Source: Candidatus Nomurabacteria bacterium (GTDB lineage Bacteria > Patescibacteriota > Saccharimonadia > JAGOAT01). From it: a stretch of DNA of 64,000 bases. The position numbers and the translations under genes were made by a program. The notes under the pieces were generated by a model. The model was not told where the DNA came from, did not search any database, and saw nothing but the letters and a program-made list of their open reading frames with translations. Every line of letters begins with the position of its first letter. The first letter of the stretch is position 1. The stretch lies in NCBI GenBank assembly GCA_020639315.1, contig JACKGM010000001.1, positions 82,511 through 146,510 on the forward strand, given 5' to 3'. This document shows positions 41,249 through 50,845 of this stretch, piece by piece.

Positions 41249-43567
41249 TCAATCATCAGATTTATCTTGATCCTCAAATAGCATGATAGATGCAAGGGTA
41301 AATATCAACTCTATGCCTCGATAGAATCCATTTGCAAAACCCTCATGCTTTCGCAATTTATCAAAAAATGACTGGTCTTCCTCGCCAATATTACCATGGG
41401 CATAGTCCAAAGCATAAAAAACAGCTTCCCTAAAATTAAAATCTTCATTAAAATCTTCCAGAAGGTCTCCAATATTATCAAAGTCATCTAACAGTATTCC
41501 AGTAATACTATCTAAATCTGAAAGGTTATCCCCATGAAATTCCACTACTTCATCACCTTGATCAGCTTCTTCTGGATCTGGATCACTTTCGTCCTCATAA
41601 TCTGAATTGATCATATTAAGATATAAATTGTTGATAGATTGTTCATCAATATCAAATTCTTGGATACCTTGCTCGAGTATCTCCAGGTGTCCGAAATGTC
41701 TCAATATATAAAGCCCAAAGTAAATCCCATAATTCCTAGCTTCAATATACGCTTGAAGATACTCGCGTAAGTGCCCATTCCTATTCAAATCAAAAATTGC
41801 TTCTACCATAGAAGTATCTATCTCTAGCAAGCTATTTAATACTTGTTGGCTACCGATATAATGAGCTGCCCAACCAACAACCCTCCCGTCTTCCTTGACA
41901 AACTCCCGCCATAGCCTAATATCTTCCTCTCTATACTCATAGCTCCCTGGGTCTAGCAAAAGCTCCACCCCTGGCCATATATTTTCTCCAAAGTCCACCA
42001 AGCTATCAGGTAGCTCGGAATTTGATTGTTCAATCTCGTACCTATAAATGGCATAGACTATTATGAACCCCTGATCCAGCCCATTAAAAAACTCTTCTTC
42101 AATGCCTCCCTCATCATCATAATACTCACTTGGAAAGTACCGACACAAATCTAATACCAAGTGACTCTTCCCCTTTAGGCCAAGCTTTCCAAGAACCATC
42201 TCAAAGTCACATTGTGCCAAGCTACTATTTTGGATTTCAAGGCTTACTCTTTTGATCATATCTTGACTGAAGGTTAATTGATCGACCTTAAGTCTATAAA
42301 CTATAATATCAGTCATCATAGCCAACCCAAGCTCAAATCCTTTATGCCAAAGCTTACTATCTGGCAAAGACTGCTCTCCCAGACCACTACAAACTGATTG
42401 ATAGACTGGATTTGAGTAGGCAAAAAGTGCACCCCTATTATGAAAAAACTGCCTAATACTGACTGGGTCAAATACTGAATCAGACTTATATTCTCTCAGT
42501 ACTTTAGCCAGAGTCAAGACAAACCTAAAACCTCGATCAAACCCTTTGGAAAAATCAGGGATATCATATTCTGGAGAGTCAAGCATTAGACCATTGATTT
42601 TCTGTATTGCAAAATCAAACATAGACTTTAGCCTATCATCTTGGCCCAACAATTGATCGATACTAAAAAAGTCATCTCCCATAGCTAGAATACACCAATC
42701 CAAAAGTGCGGGATCTTCTCCCATTACAATGCTTAGTAGCTCCCCAGTCTGATCGTTTGCCTGATCACGCATCAATACTTTTTTAAATAGATTATCCATA
42801 TATTTCTCACGGGCCTCACTGGCCATCTCTCCAGGGCTAGTAAGCTCTAAATCTTGAGCAAAAGACCCTAACCTCCCAAGGTGGTGTAAGGCCGCTACTG
42901 CAAAGTAAATTCCCTTTAGACTGCCGTACTCATAATTGTACCGCCTGTCTTTATCCACTTTTGGTACTTCATTCATTTGATCAAGACCTAGAAGGTACCA
43001 GCTAATAAATTCTCCAAGTAAAGGATAGTGGTGTGATAGCATATCACCTGTAAGTCGCATCTTTGCGGCCTCATTTTCCGACAAGAAAAAATCCTCAACA
43101 AATTGTATATACCCCGATAAAAACCTATGTTGATTGTAAAAATCCTGAAAGTAATCTGGCACCGTAGATAAGTCTAAAACTCTATGATCTGATAAATTGC
43201 TCAGCAATTCTAGGTCACCAACTTGAGAATTTGATATATCTAGGCTGACTACTCTAGTCTGATCAAGCCTCATCAGTACCAAGATCTTCTGTTCAACTGC
43301 AGGCTCTGGATTAGGACAAATCAGATCAAAATTATTAATCTCAGGGTAAATTTTACTCAAAATCTCTGCCAAGCTTACAAAAGTGGCAATAACTTGCTGG
43401 ATATCAACATTATTAGATACTACTGAAGGGTCAAAGTTGTACTCAATCTTATCCATCTCAGGAAAGTAAGGGGTTACTGCGTCCTTGTTGCCCATTGCCA
43501 GATATGCGTAGGTTGTTTCTATGCTGTGAAGATCACCCTCACGATCTGAAATATCTCTCTCCACCAC
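41249..43567 (-). CDS. Large acidic repeat protein (772 aa), unassigned family
   Basis: GTG start with an AAGGGGA Shine-Dalgarno. Modules LKGIYFAVAALHHLG, SKGFDRGFRFVLTLAKVL, HKGFELGLAMMTDIIVY, FNGLDQGFIIVYAIYRY, RNYGIYFGLYILRHFG, EGFANGFYRGIELIFTLASIML (C-terminal). Acidic run DYEDESDPDPEEADQGDEVVEFHGD. Confidence 0.7.
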   Translation of the reverse strand: MVERDISDREGDLHSIETTYAYLAMGNKDAVTPYFPEMDKIEYNFDPSVVSNNVDIQQVIATFVSLAEILSKIYPEINNFDLICPNPEPAVEQKILVLMRLDQTRVVSLDISNSQVGDLELLSNLSDHRVLDLSTVPDYFQDFYNQHRFLSGYIQFVEDFFLSENEAAKMRLTGDMLSHHYPLLGEFISWYLLGLDQMNEVPKVDKDRRYNYEYGSLKGIYFAVAALHHLGRLGSFAQDLELTSPGEMASEAREKYMDNLFKKVLMRDQANDQTGELLSIVMGEDPALLDWCILAMGDDFFSIDQLLGQDDRLKSMFDFAIQKINGLMLDSPEYDIPDFSKGFDRGFRFVLTLAKVLREYKSDSVFDPVSIRQFFHNRGALFAYSNPVYQSVCSGLGEQSLPDSKLWHKGFELGLAMMTDIIVYRLKVDQLTFSQDMIKRVSLEIQNSSLAQCDFEMVLGKLGLKGKSHLVLDLCRYFPSEYYDDEGGIEEEFFNGLDQGFIIVYAIYRYEIEQSNSELPDSLVDFGENIWPGVELLLDPGSYEYREEDIRLWREFVKEDGRVVGWAAHYIGSQQVLNSLLEIDTSMVEAIFDLNRNGHLREYLQAYIEARNYGIYFGLYILRHFGHLEILEQGIQEFDIDEQSINNLYLNMINSDYEDESDPDPEEADQGDEVVEFHGDNLSDLDSITGILLDDFDNIGDLLEDFNEDFNFREAVFYALDYAHGNIGEEDQSFFDKLRKHEGFANGFYRGIELIFTLASIMLFEDQDKSDD

Positions 43568-43591
43568 TTCTATTGTCCCCTTATTTAATCC

Positions 43592-44275
43592 TTAATAACT
43601 ATAATCTGGTGTCACTCCTAGCCTATCTTGGTCTTTTAGATAGACCAAGATACTGAGTGTAAAATTGAGCCCCCGATAGAACCCATCTGAATCGAGATTA
43701 TTACTATCTTGTGCACTTTGATATGCTCTATCAATAGCATTTGAAAGTAGCCTAGCCCTAATGAGGCAATCCTGCCCCGCCTTTAGTAAATTTTTTACTA
43801 GATCTCTGGTTTCACCAATATTATTACGCAATGATACACTTGCATTATCTTGATCTACTAGATATTCTTGCAGCGGTAGTCTTGCCTTCTGCTCCTTAAG
43901 CCATTCGTTATATAGTCTATCCACCTCATCTTGCTCTATAATAACAGTATCAAAATCTAATAAAATACTAGCGATCCCTAGACCAAATTCAAAGCCAAGC
44001 CCGTGACCCCTGAGGTAAGTATTACTATCAAAGCCAGTGGATATATTATTCTTATCACCATAGATATCAAAAGTTTCTTCCACAAACTGATGATCTTTGG
44101 CGGCTAGCAAGCCTAGCTCATCTATACCATTAATACTTTGGGCGATCTTGGCGATCCAGCCATTGTCATCATCAAAATCAAAAAAATCTTTAATGCTTTT
44201 ATAAAGAGCGTCAAGTATCTCCCCCTCCTCTCGCAAATCTTTGCCTCTTAAATGCATGGTATCCATACTTATCAT
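43592..44275 (-). CDS. Acidic repeat protein (227 aa, two modules), unassigned family
   Basis: AAAGGAG Shine-Dalgarno. Modules LRGHGLGFEFGLGIASILL and SDGFYRGLNFTLSILVYL (C-terminal). Lies 24 nt upstream of the 772-aa paralogue and 36 nt downstream of galU. Confidence 0.7.
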   Translation of the reverse strand: MISMDTMHLRGKDLREEGEILDALYKSIKDFFDFDDDNGWIAKIAQSINGIDELGLLAAKDHQFVEETFDIYGDKNNISTGFDSNTYLRGHGLGFEFGLGIASILLDFDTVIIEQDEVDRLYNEWLKEQKARLPLQEYLVDQDNASVSLRNNIGETRDLVKNLLKAGQDCLIRARLLSNAIDRAYQSAQDSNNLDSDGFYRGLNFTLSILVYLKDQDRLGVTPDYSY

Positions 44276-44311
44276 GCTGATACTCCTTTATTCATAGCAG
44301 TTTCCAGCATC

Positions 44312-45181
44312 CTAAACCTTACCTAGATACTCCCTCAGAGCATCAGCAATCGTCGGATCCTTGAGACCCAAGCCAATCTGAGCCTCGATTAGACCTAGCT
44401 TGTTACCACAGTCATACCAATCACCCTCAAAATCCAGCGCCTGGAGTACTCCACCTTGCTCAAGATACTTAGCCAGTGCATCCGTATGATACAGTTCATT
44501 ATTACCCATAGGTTCCATCTCCCTGACTAGTTGTAAGACTTCAGGAGTGAGAATCATCCGACTCTGAGCCGCAATATCTGATACTACATCCTCAAGAGCT
44601 GGCTTTTCGATAATGCTCTCTACCCGGATAATCTTATCATCAATATTATGACCTACAATCATCCCTTTGCTAGGCATTACAGTCCGATCAACTTTTTTGG
44701 CAGCAATCACCGGGGCACTATACTGAGCATAAACATCGATCAGTTGTCTGAGTGCTGGCACCTCAGAGTCTACAATATCATCACCAAACATCACTGCTAC
44801 TGCCTCACCTTTACCGACAAAAGGCAAAGCAACCTTCAGGGCATCACCAGGACCTCTCTGTTCTCCTTGACGCAGGTAAGCAAAAGTTGCCATCTCAGAG
44901 ATGCCCCTAATCTCAGCCAACAGTTCAAGCTTGCCTGAAGTCCTGAGCTGGGCCTCTAGATCTCGATTCCGGTCAAAATAGTCCTCGAGTGGCCGCTTAT
45001 TGTTGGAAGTGACAAAGATGATCTCCTCGATTCCACTCGCTACTGCTTCCTCCACTATATAATGGATGATCGGCTTATCCACTACATGGAGCATTTCCTT
45101 GGGGCTAGATTTGGTAGCTGGTAACATCCTCGTGCCATAGCCAGCAGTCAAAATAATTGCTTTCTTGATATTACTCACCAT
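44312..45181 (-). CDS. galU: UTP--glucose-1-phosphate uridylyltransferase
   Basis: AIILTAGYGTRMLPATKSSPKEML (GxGTRxLPxTK) and VEKP-like IEKP motif. Confidence 0.9.
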   Translation of the reverse strand: MVSNIKKAIILTAGYGTRMLPATKSSPKEMLHVVDKPIIHYIVEEAVASGIEEIIFVTSNNKRPLEDYFDRNRDLEAQLRTSGKLELLAEIRGISEMATFAYLRQGEQRGPGDALKVALPFVGKGEAVAVMFGDDIVDSEVPALRQLIDVYAQYSAPVIAAKKVDRTVMPSKGMIVGHNIDDKIIRVESIIEKPALEDVVSDIAAQSRMILTPEVLQLVREMEPMGNNELYHTDALAKYLEQGGVLQALDFEGDWYDCGNKLGLIEAQIGLGLKDPTIADALREYLGKV

Positions 45182-46628
45182 CCTCCTTGATCTTAACTAT
45201 TGGAAATAATGTTGCCTCCCGGATCGAGATATTACTCAGAAAACTAAATAGCCTCTCGCTCATCCCAAACCCACAAGTCGGTGGCATCCCATACTCGAGT
45301 GCTCTGACAAAATCACGATCATGCATTTGGGCTTCATTATCCCCACCTTCTCTGAGCTCAGATTGTTTGATAAATCTCTGCTCCTGATCGATCGGGTCAT
45401 TGAGCTCACTATAGCCATTGCCTAGTTCACTACCCGCCAAAATTACCTGGAATCTTCTCACCGTACCAGGACGCTGATCATCTGACTTGGCCAAGGGGGA
45501 GACTACTTCAGGGTGACCAGTCAAAAAGACTGGTCCACTAATACCCTTGCGTACCTGTTTCCAGACGATATCAATCAAAGTCTCGCGCGCTGCTTCAGAC
45601 TCAAATCCAACCTTTCTTGCCCTCAGCCAACCCCTGATCTTGGACAGTTCACAATTGATCACATCCAGTCCAGACACTCGCTCAATCTCAGTCAGATAAT
45701 CAATCTTCTCCCACTGATCGGCCAAATCAAACCTGTGCCCATAGACTTCAAAATCCGTTTGGCCAAAAGTATCCTTGGTTACCTTAATATAGAGCTCTCT
45801 GACTAGCTCCATCCCTTGCTCTTCATCTGCATAGGCCTGGTAATATTCAAGCTGGGTATAATCTTGGAGATGTTCCCGACTCATCCCCTCATTGCGAAAA
45901 ATCCTACCAATCTCATAAGTCCTCTCAAATCCAGCCACCATCAACTTTTTCTGCCAAAGCTCACCCGCCGATATTCGTAAATAAACATCTTGATCCAGTG
46001 CATCATAGTGCGTGATAAAGGGGGTAGCACTTGCTCCACCGGCTACCGTCTCGAGTACTGGAGTCTGCACCTCGACAAATCCCCGATCATCCAAGAATTC
46101 CCTAATCGATCGCCAAAATTGGGCTTTTTGATAAAAGCGTTTTCTGACCTCAGGGCGCATCAAGTCAAGATAACGCAGACGGTATCTCAGCTCTTCATCC
46201 TTGATCCCATAATACTCACTGGGCAAAGGGCGAAGGGCCTTAGTCAAAATCCTGATTCGCTTGAGTCTAAGCGATATCTGACCCTTTTGGGTTTTAAATA
46301 CTTCACCGTAAGCTTCAATAAAATCACCGACATTGGTCAGACCAAGTATCTCCCAGCTATCTGGATCTACTACTGAAGCTGAGCAAAAAAGCTGGATCTT
46401 GCCAGACTGATCTTCGAGGTCGACAAAGCTAAGCTTGCCATGACCCCTTTTGCTGATCACCCTACCGGTCAATGAAACCAGACTACCCATTAACTTCTCA
46501 AAGTTATCAATCACCGTCTGGTTGGGATAATCTTTCTGGCTATCTGCTGGATAGGGGTTGATACCTTGATCGATTAGACTCTGATAATTCTCTTTGTACG
46601 AAGCTAATACTTCATCTTCTCTACTCAT
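45171..46628 (-). CDS. lysS: Lysine--tRNA ligase (class II)
   Basis: OB-fold N-domain. Motif 2 YEIGRIFRNEG. Motif 3 region GMSERLFSFL. Overlaps thrS by 8 nt and galU by 11 nt. Confidence 0.95.
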   Translation of the reverse strand: MSREDEVLASYKENYQSLIDQGINPYPADSQKDYPNQTVIDNFEKLMGSLVSLTGRVISKRGHGKLSFVDLEDQSGKIQLFCSASVVDPDSWEILGLTNVGDFIEAYGEVFKTQKGQISLRLKRIRILTKALRPLPSEYYGIKDEELRYRLRYLDLMRPEVRKRFYQKAQFWRSIREFLDDRGFVEVQTPVLETVAGGASATPFITHYDALDQDVYLRISAGELWQKKLMVAGFERTYEIGRIFRNEGMSREHLQDYTQLEYYQAYADEEQGMELVRELYIKVTKDTFGQTDFEVYGHRFDLADQWEKIDYLTEIERVSGLDVINCELSKIRGWLRARKVGFESEAARETLIDIVWKQVRKGISGPVFLTGHPEVVSPLAKSDDQRPGTVRRFQVILAGSELGNGYSELNDPIDQEQRFIKQSELREGGDNEAQMHDRDFVRALEYGMPPTCGFGMSERLFSFLSNISIREATLFPIVKIKEDGE

Positions 46629-48474
46629 TTTTACCTCTACTTTCAGCTAGACTAGATAAATAATTTGCCAATTGATCAAACTCGATTGTCTGCTCCTCGC
46701 TCTTGTCACTAAACTTCTTGCGCAAGCTAATTGTTCTATTCTCTTGGTCCTTTTCACCGACAATGATTTGAACTGGTATCTTATCCTGTTCGGCTTGCCT
46801 AATCTTCTTGCCTAGTGACTCTGCCCGATCATCGACCTTATAACGCAGTTGGTTAGCTTGCAAGGGTTGATTAAGGGCTAGACTACTTAGCACTGATTCG
46901 ATCTCCCCGACATAAGCTCCTGCTTTATCTGTTACTATCAATATCCTAACCTGCTCTGGTGCTAACCAAAAAGGTAGGTATCCTCCTGTCTTTTCTAGCA
47001 AAAATCCAATAAACCTCTCAAAAGACCCCATAATGGCTCGATGAATCACGATTGGGGTCTGTTCCTGATTCTCCTGATCAATGTATTTAAGACCCATCCT
47101 CCCAGGTACTAAGATATCGATTTGACTGGTTGCAATCGTATCCTCTTTGCCCATTACATTACGGATCTGAACATCAAGCTTCGGTCCATAAAATGCAGCC
47201 TCCCCTTCGGCTTCGACAAATTCTGAACCAGTCTCAAATAAAGCTTCCCTGATCTGATCAGCAGCATACTGCCACTTGTCTCCGTCCTCGGTAAACTTGT
47301 CTTTGCCAAAATCTGGCAAGGACAACCTAAACCAGTAATCCTCGATCTCAAACTCTTGATAAACCTCCGAGAATAAATCTATTACTTTGATAAACTCGGC
47401 CTTAAGCTGATCTGGCGTGACATAAATATGAGCATCGTTTTGAGTAATCGGACCGCGTACACGGATTAGTCCTGTCAGTGTTCCAGATAACTCATAGCGG
47501 TAGAGTGGGCTGGCTTCTGCTAACCTCAGAGGCAGATCTCGGTAACTCTGGACTAATCTTTCATATACCTGGTGGTGGTGAGGGCAATTCATTGGCTTGA
47601 GATAAAATCTGTTGCCTTCCTCATCTACTTCCGTACAGTACATATTGTCTAGATAATAATCAGCGTGACCACTAGCCTGATACAATGCTTCATGAGTGAG
47701 GACTGGAGTCGAAATATATTGATAGCCCTTGGCTTGTTCGAGCTGACGCATATAGCGAATCAAAAGATCTTTGATCTGTTCACCCCTTGGTAACAGGATT
47801 GGTAATCCTGCTCCTACCTTATCAGAATGCATAAAGAGTTTGAGCTTTTCTCCCAGTACTCGGTGGTCTCGCTTCTTGGCTTCTTCTAGTCTGACAAAAT
47901 ATTCTTCTAGCTCTTGATCACTAGCAAATGCTACTCCATAGACTCGTTGAAGCTGAGGATTCTTGTTGTCACCTCGCCAATAAGCTCCTGCGACCCTAGT
48001 CAGCTTAAACTTGCCGACCTTGCCGGTACTGGCTTCATGGGGTCCTCCGCAAAGGTCGATGAATTGTTCATCTCCAGTGATATAAACTCCTACTAAGTCC
48101 TTGCCCTCAAAAGCTTCTTGACCAGGCTTGGTAGTACCCCGTTGCTCCAAATCGGCTATTAGTTCCAGCTTAAAAGGCTGATCGGCAAAAAAATCTTTGG
48201 CTCTAGAAATACTCCAGTCCTCCTGTCTAAACGGTAGATCTGCCTTGATAATCTGATGCATTCTCTTGGTAATCTTGGCTAAATCTTTTTGTTGGAGTTG
48301 CTGACCATCTGGCAATAGTACATCATAATAAAAGCCATCCTCGATCACTGGGCCAATTCCTAGCTCCGTACCTGGCCAGAGTTCGATAATCGACTGCGCC
48401 ATAATATGGGCGAGACTATGACGCATCGGCCTTAGGCGTTCCTGCTCTACTTGGTATTCTTTTTGAGATTTCAT
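46621..48474 (-). CDS. thrS: Threonine--tRNA ligase
   Basis: HSLAHIMAQ (SAD domain), class II motifs, HRAIMGSFERFIG, and a C-terminal anticodon-binding domain. Confidence 0.95.
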   Translation of the reverse strand: MKSQKEYQVEQERLRPMRHSLAHIMAQSIIELWPGTELGIGPVIEDGFYYDVLLPDGQQLQQKDLAKITKRMHQIIKADLPFRQEDWSISRAKDFFADQPFKLELIADLEQRGTTKPGQEAFEGKDLVGVYITGDEQFIDLCGGPHEASTGKVGKFKLTRVAGAYWRGDNKNPQLQRVYGVAFASDQELEEYFVRLEEAKKRDHRVLGEKLKLFMHSDKVGAGLPILLPRGEQIKDLLIRYMRQLEQAKGYQYISTPVLTHEALYQASGHADYYLDNMYCTEVDEEGNRFYLKPMNCPHHHQVYERLVQSYRDLPLRLAEASPLYRYELSGTLTGLIRVRGPITQNDAHIYVTPDQLKAEFIKVIDLFSEVYQEFEIEDYWFRLSLPDFGKDKFTEDGDKWQYAADQIREALFETGSEFVEAEGEAAFYGPKLDVQIRNVMGKEDTIATSQIDILVPGRMGLKYIDQENQEQTPIVIHRAIMGSFERFIGFLLEKTGGYLPFWLAPEQVRILIVTDKAGAYVGEIESVLSSLALNQPLQANQLRYKVDDRAESLGKKIRQAEQDKIPVQIIVGEKDQENRTISLRKKFSDKSEEQTIEFDQLANYLSSLAESRGKNE

Positions 48475-48480
48475 ATCTGT

Positions 48481-48486
48481 ATTTTA
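48481..48486 (-). promoter_or_regulatory. -10 box TAAAAT, 6 nt upstream of the thrS ATG (no room for a T-box or other leader)
   Basis: Minus-strand TTACCT, 17 nt, GCTAAAATACAGATATG. Confidence 0.5.
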
Positions 48487-48534
48487 GCATAAGTAAACTG
48501 CCAAGGTAATTATATCCTCTTGTATTTCGGGCAT

Positions 48535-48780
48535 TAGTCATCCTCCGAAACTCCACCCCTCCTCTGTCATCCTCCGAAGTTCGGAGAACTTACGGGGGAT
48601 CTAGGGCATTAGTCATCCTCCGAAACTCTGAAAGAGTTTACGGGGGACCCAGTATTTCGCATTTCAGGTAACCAATCCAAATACTGGATCTCCGGTATCT
48701 CTCCCTTGGAGAAATCCGAAGATGACAGGAGAGGGTGGATCTCCGGTATTTCTCTCCGGGTAATCCGAAGATGACAGAGG
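48535..48780. repeat. Hairpin-cassette array between the divergent thrS and tRNA-Lys genes
   Basis: Half unit near 48538. Forward units at 48566-48600 (truncated) and 48609-48655 (inner stem AAACTCT-GAA-AGAGTTT). Two reverse subtype-2 units at 48680-48775. Confidence 0.8.
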
Positions 48781-48820
48781 ATGGTATCAAGTCGCTCTGT
48801 AAATGAAGGGAATAATCTGG

Positions 48821-48826
48821 TATAAT
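48821..48826 (+). promoter_or_regulatory. -10 box TATAAT, 10 nt upstream of tRNA-Lys
   Basis: Reads TATAATCGCAGGGTGT followed by the tRNA 5' end. Confidence 0.5.
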
Positions 48827-48836
48827 CGCAGGGTGT

Positions 48837-48912
48837 GAGTCCGTAGCTCAGCTGGTAGAGCACCTGGCTTTTAACCAGGGTGTCATGGGTTCGAGCCCCA
48901 TCGGACTCACCA
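48837..48912 (+). tRNA. tRNA-Lys (anticodon UUU), CCA encoded
   Basis: GAGTCCG-TA-GCTC-AGCTGGTA-GAGC-A-CCTGG-CTTTTAA-CCAGG-GTGTC-ATGGG-TTCGAGC-CCCAT-CGGACTC-A-CCA. All stems are perfectly paired. Confidence 0.95.
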
Positions 48913-48979
48913 TTTTATTTACGACGATATACTTCTCGTCTATGACAGATTCTTAGGATAGTGATTTGTTTGTCAACAA

Positions 48980-49142
48980 TAACCCTGTTGCCATATGAGT
49001 TTACGAGATCAAAGCTAATAATTTTTATTCCAGAATAGCAAAACACGACAAAGCATAACAGGAGTTACGCTGCGAAGTGTTTTGCTAGTCTGGAGCAAAA
49101 ATGGCAGTTTTGAAGCCGTGAGGCTATATGGCAACAGGGTTA
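48980..49142. mobile_element. MITE-like element, family C (copy C3)
   Basis: TAACCCTGTTGCCATATGAG ... CTATATGGCAACAGGGTTA. Same orientation as C2. Confidence 0.75.
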
Positions 49143-49291
49143 ATATCAAATAGTATACGGTAGCTACCAAACCTCACTCTGTATTGGGCATCACTAGGCT
49201 CTTTCAGAGCTACTACACCGTACCTTGGGTTGTCCATTAGAAATCCCAACCTTTCTTTAAGTCTAGATTTAAGTTAGTCGAATCTAGGTGG

Positions 49292-50575
49292 TTAATCCAA
49301 TACTGAATGCCCGAAGGCTATTCGATCAGGTGAAACTGTGTATTGTCCTTTGGTCAGGCTACTAGCTGGTATAATTGTCCCTTTGCCATAAGCCTGGTTG
49401 ATCCGATCTATGACTTTATCCAATTTTTCTGATCCACTCGACTTACGCAAAATCCCCGACATCGACCCTAGTCCCAAAATTTGTTGCTCGGCTTGGCCCA
49501 ACCTACTGACGCCAATACTAACCTTTGCAACTCTTGCACCTCGCATCATAAGGTTGCTCTTATCCTCCAAAATCTCCTTTAGAATATATCTAAGAGATTG
49601 GTTAAACCTAACGATATCATTGACTGGCTCTACCAGCTGGATCTTACCAGACAGAGATAGGTGGTTCTTGCTAGGAGTATACCACTTGACCCTGAGCCAG
49701 ATCTCACTAGCTTTCAGACCCTGATCTCTCATTCTACGAGTAAGTTTCCAACTCATCTGAGTCAAATATCGACCAATATCCTGATCCGATTTTACTAAGC
49801 CTGGTGGAATGACTGACTGATGAGACATTGTTTTATTCTGTCTACTCACCATAGGTGGAACTTCTACTCCCTGCCACCTCAGATACCACTTGACTCCATT
49901 GATGCCAAAGGTTTGTTTAAGCAATGCTAGTGACATCTCTCGAAAATCCTTGACGGATACAACTCCTAACCCTGCTAATCTCCGTACCGTACCATAAGAT
50001 ATACCATTGAGCTGGTTTAATCTAAAATCATCAAAATAATCCGACCGATCGGGTTCAAGACAAACCAAACCATCGGGCTTCGCCAGCTCAGAAGCCATCT
50101 TGGCTAGCCAGGTGTTGCTGGCAATCCCAATTGACCCAGTAATCACTCCATTATACTTATGGGTTAGCTGTTTTCTGATCAAGTTGGCTACTTCCAGACT
50201 ATCTTCTCTATGATCTAAATACTTTGGCATTGTCAGGACTGCTTCATCGATACTAAGCATCTGCACCCTACAAAAAGTTTGCTCTAGGATTTCTTTAAGT
50301 TGATGGTGAACCTTTATATATTTACTTGGACTATCGCTGACTACTACAAGACTAGGATAGATTGATTTTGCTTCGGATATCCTCATGCCAGTAGTAATGC
50401 CCACTAGTTTGGCTTCTTGAGAAAGAGTCACTACCCTGCTCTGATCATTATTCCAAGGAGCTACTACTAGTGGCCTGTAACGGTACTCTGGATTGAAATA
50501 CTGCTCACAACTGGCAAAGAACCCATCCATGTCAATATAAAGTCTCGAATAGGGTCTGATCATATCACCGAACAT
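49292..50575 (-). CDS. dinB: DNA polymerase IV (Y-family)
   Basis: YIDMDGFFASCEQ catalytic motif, SIDEA, and a little-finger domain. Start moved to ATG 50575 (or 50563), because the track ORF's first 40 codons read through a hairpin cassette (LLSSSEVRRTYGGSSI). Confidence 0.85.
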   Translation of the reverse strand: MFGDMIRPYSRLYIDMDGFFASCEQYFNPEYRYRPLVVAPWNNDQSRVVTLSQEAKLVGITTGMRISEAKSIYPSLVVVSDSPSKYIKVHHQLKEILEQTFCRVQMLSIDEAVLTMPKYLDHREDSLEVANLIRKQLTHKYNGVITGSIGIASNTWLAKMASELAKPDGLVCLEPDRSDYFDDFRLNQLNGISYGTVRRLAGLGVVSVKDFREMSLALLKQTFGINGVKWYLRWQGVEVPPMVSRQNKTMSHQSVIPPGLVKSDQDIGRYLTQMSWKLTRRMRDQGLKASEIWLRVKWYTPSKNHLSLSGKIQLVEPVNDIVRFNQSLRYILKEILEDKSNLMMRGARVAKVSIGVSRLGQAEQQILGLGSMSGILRKSSGSEKLDKVIDRINQAYGKGTIIPASSLTKGQYTVSPDRIAFGHSVLD

Positions 50576-50634
50576 ATACCGAATATACCAGAAAAGTCCT
50601 TGTCTATCTACCCCTAAGAGACTTTCGGTGCAAT

Positions 50635-50840
50635 TCCGAATACTGGATCCCCCGTAAGTTCTCCGAACTTCGGAGGATGACAAGAGTTGTGTCATCTTCA
50701 GATGATAACAATGCCCCCTCCTCCTGTCATCTTCGGATTACCCGGAGGGGAATACCGGAGATCCAGTATTTGAGTTGAGAACCATAAATACTAAATACTG
50801 GATCCCCCGTAAGTTCTCTGAACTTCGGAGGATGACAATA
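50635..50840. repeat. Hairpin cassettes between the giant gene's stop and the dinB start
   Basis: Reverse units at 50640-50683 and 50793-50836. Forward subtype-2 unit at 50728-50775. Confidence 0.8.
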
Positions 50841-50845
50841 CAGGG

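Noticed and set aside
48475-48836. A T-box or other leader upstream of thrS, and a possible regulatory RNA in the thrS/tRNA-Lys divergent region.
   Set aside because: The best -10 box lies 6 nt from the ATG. The rest of the region is made of hairpin cassettes shared with 11 other loci. No specifier or T-box consensus is seen.
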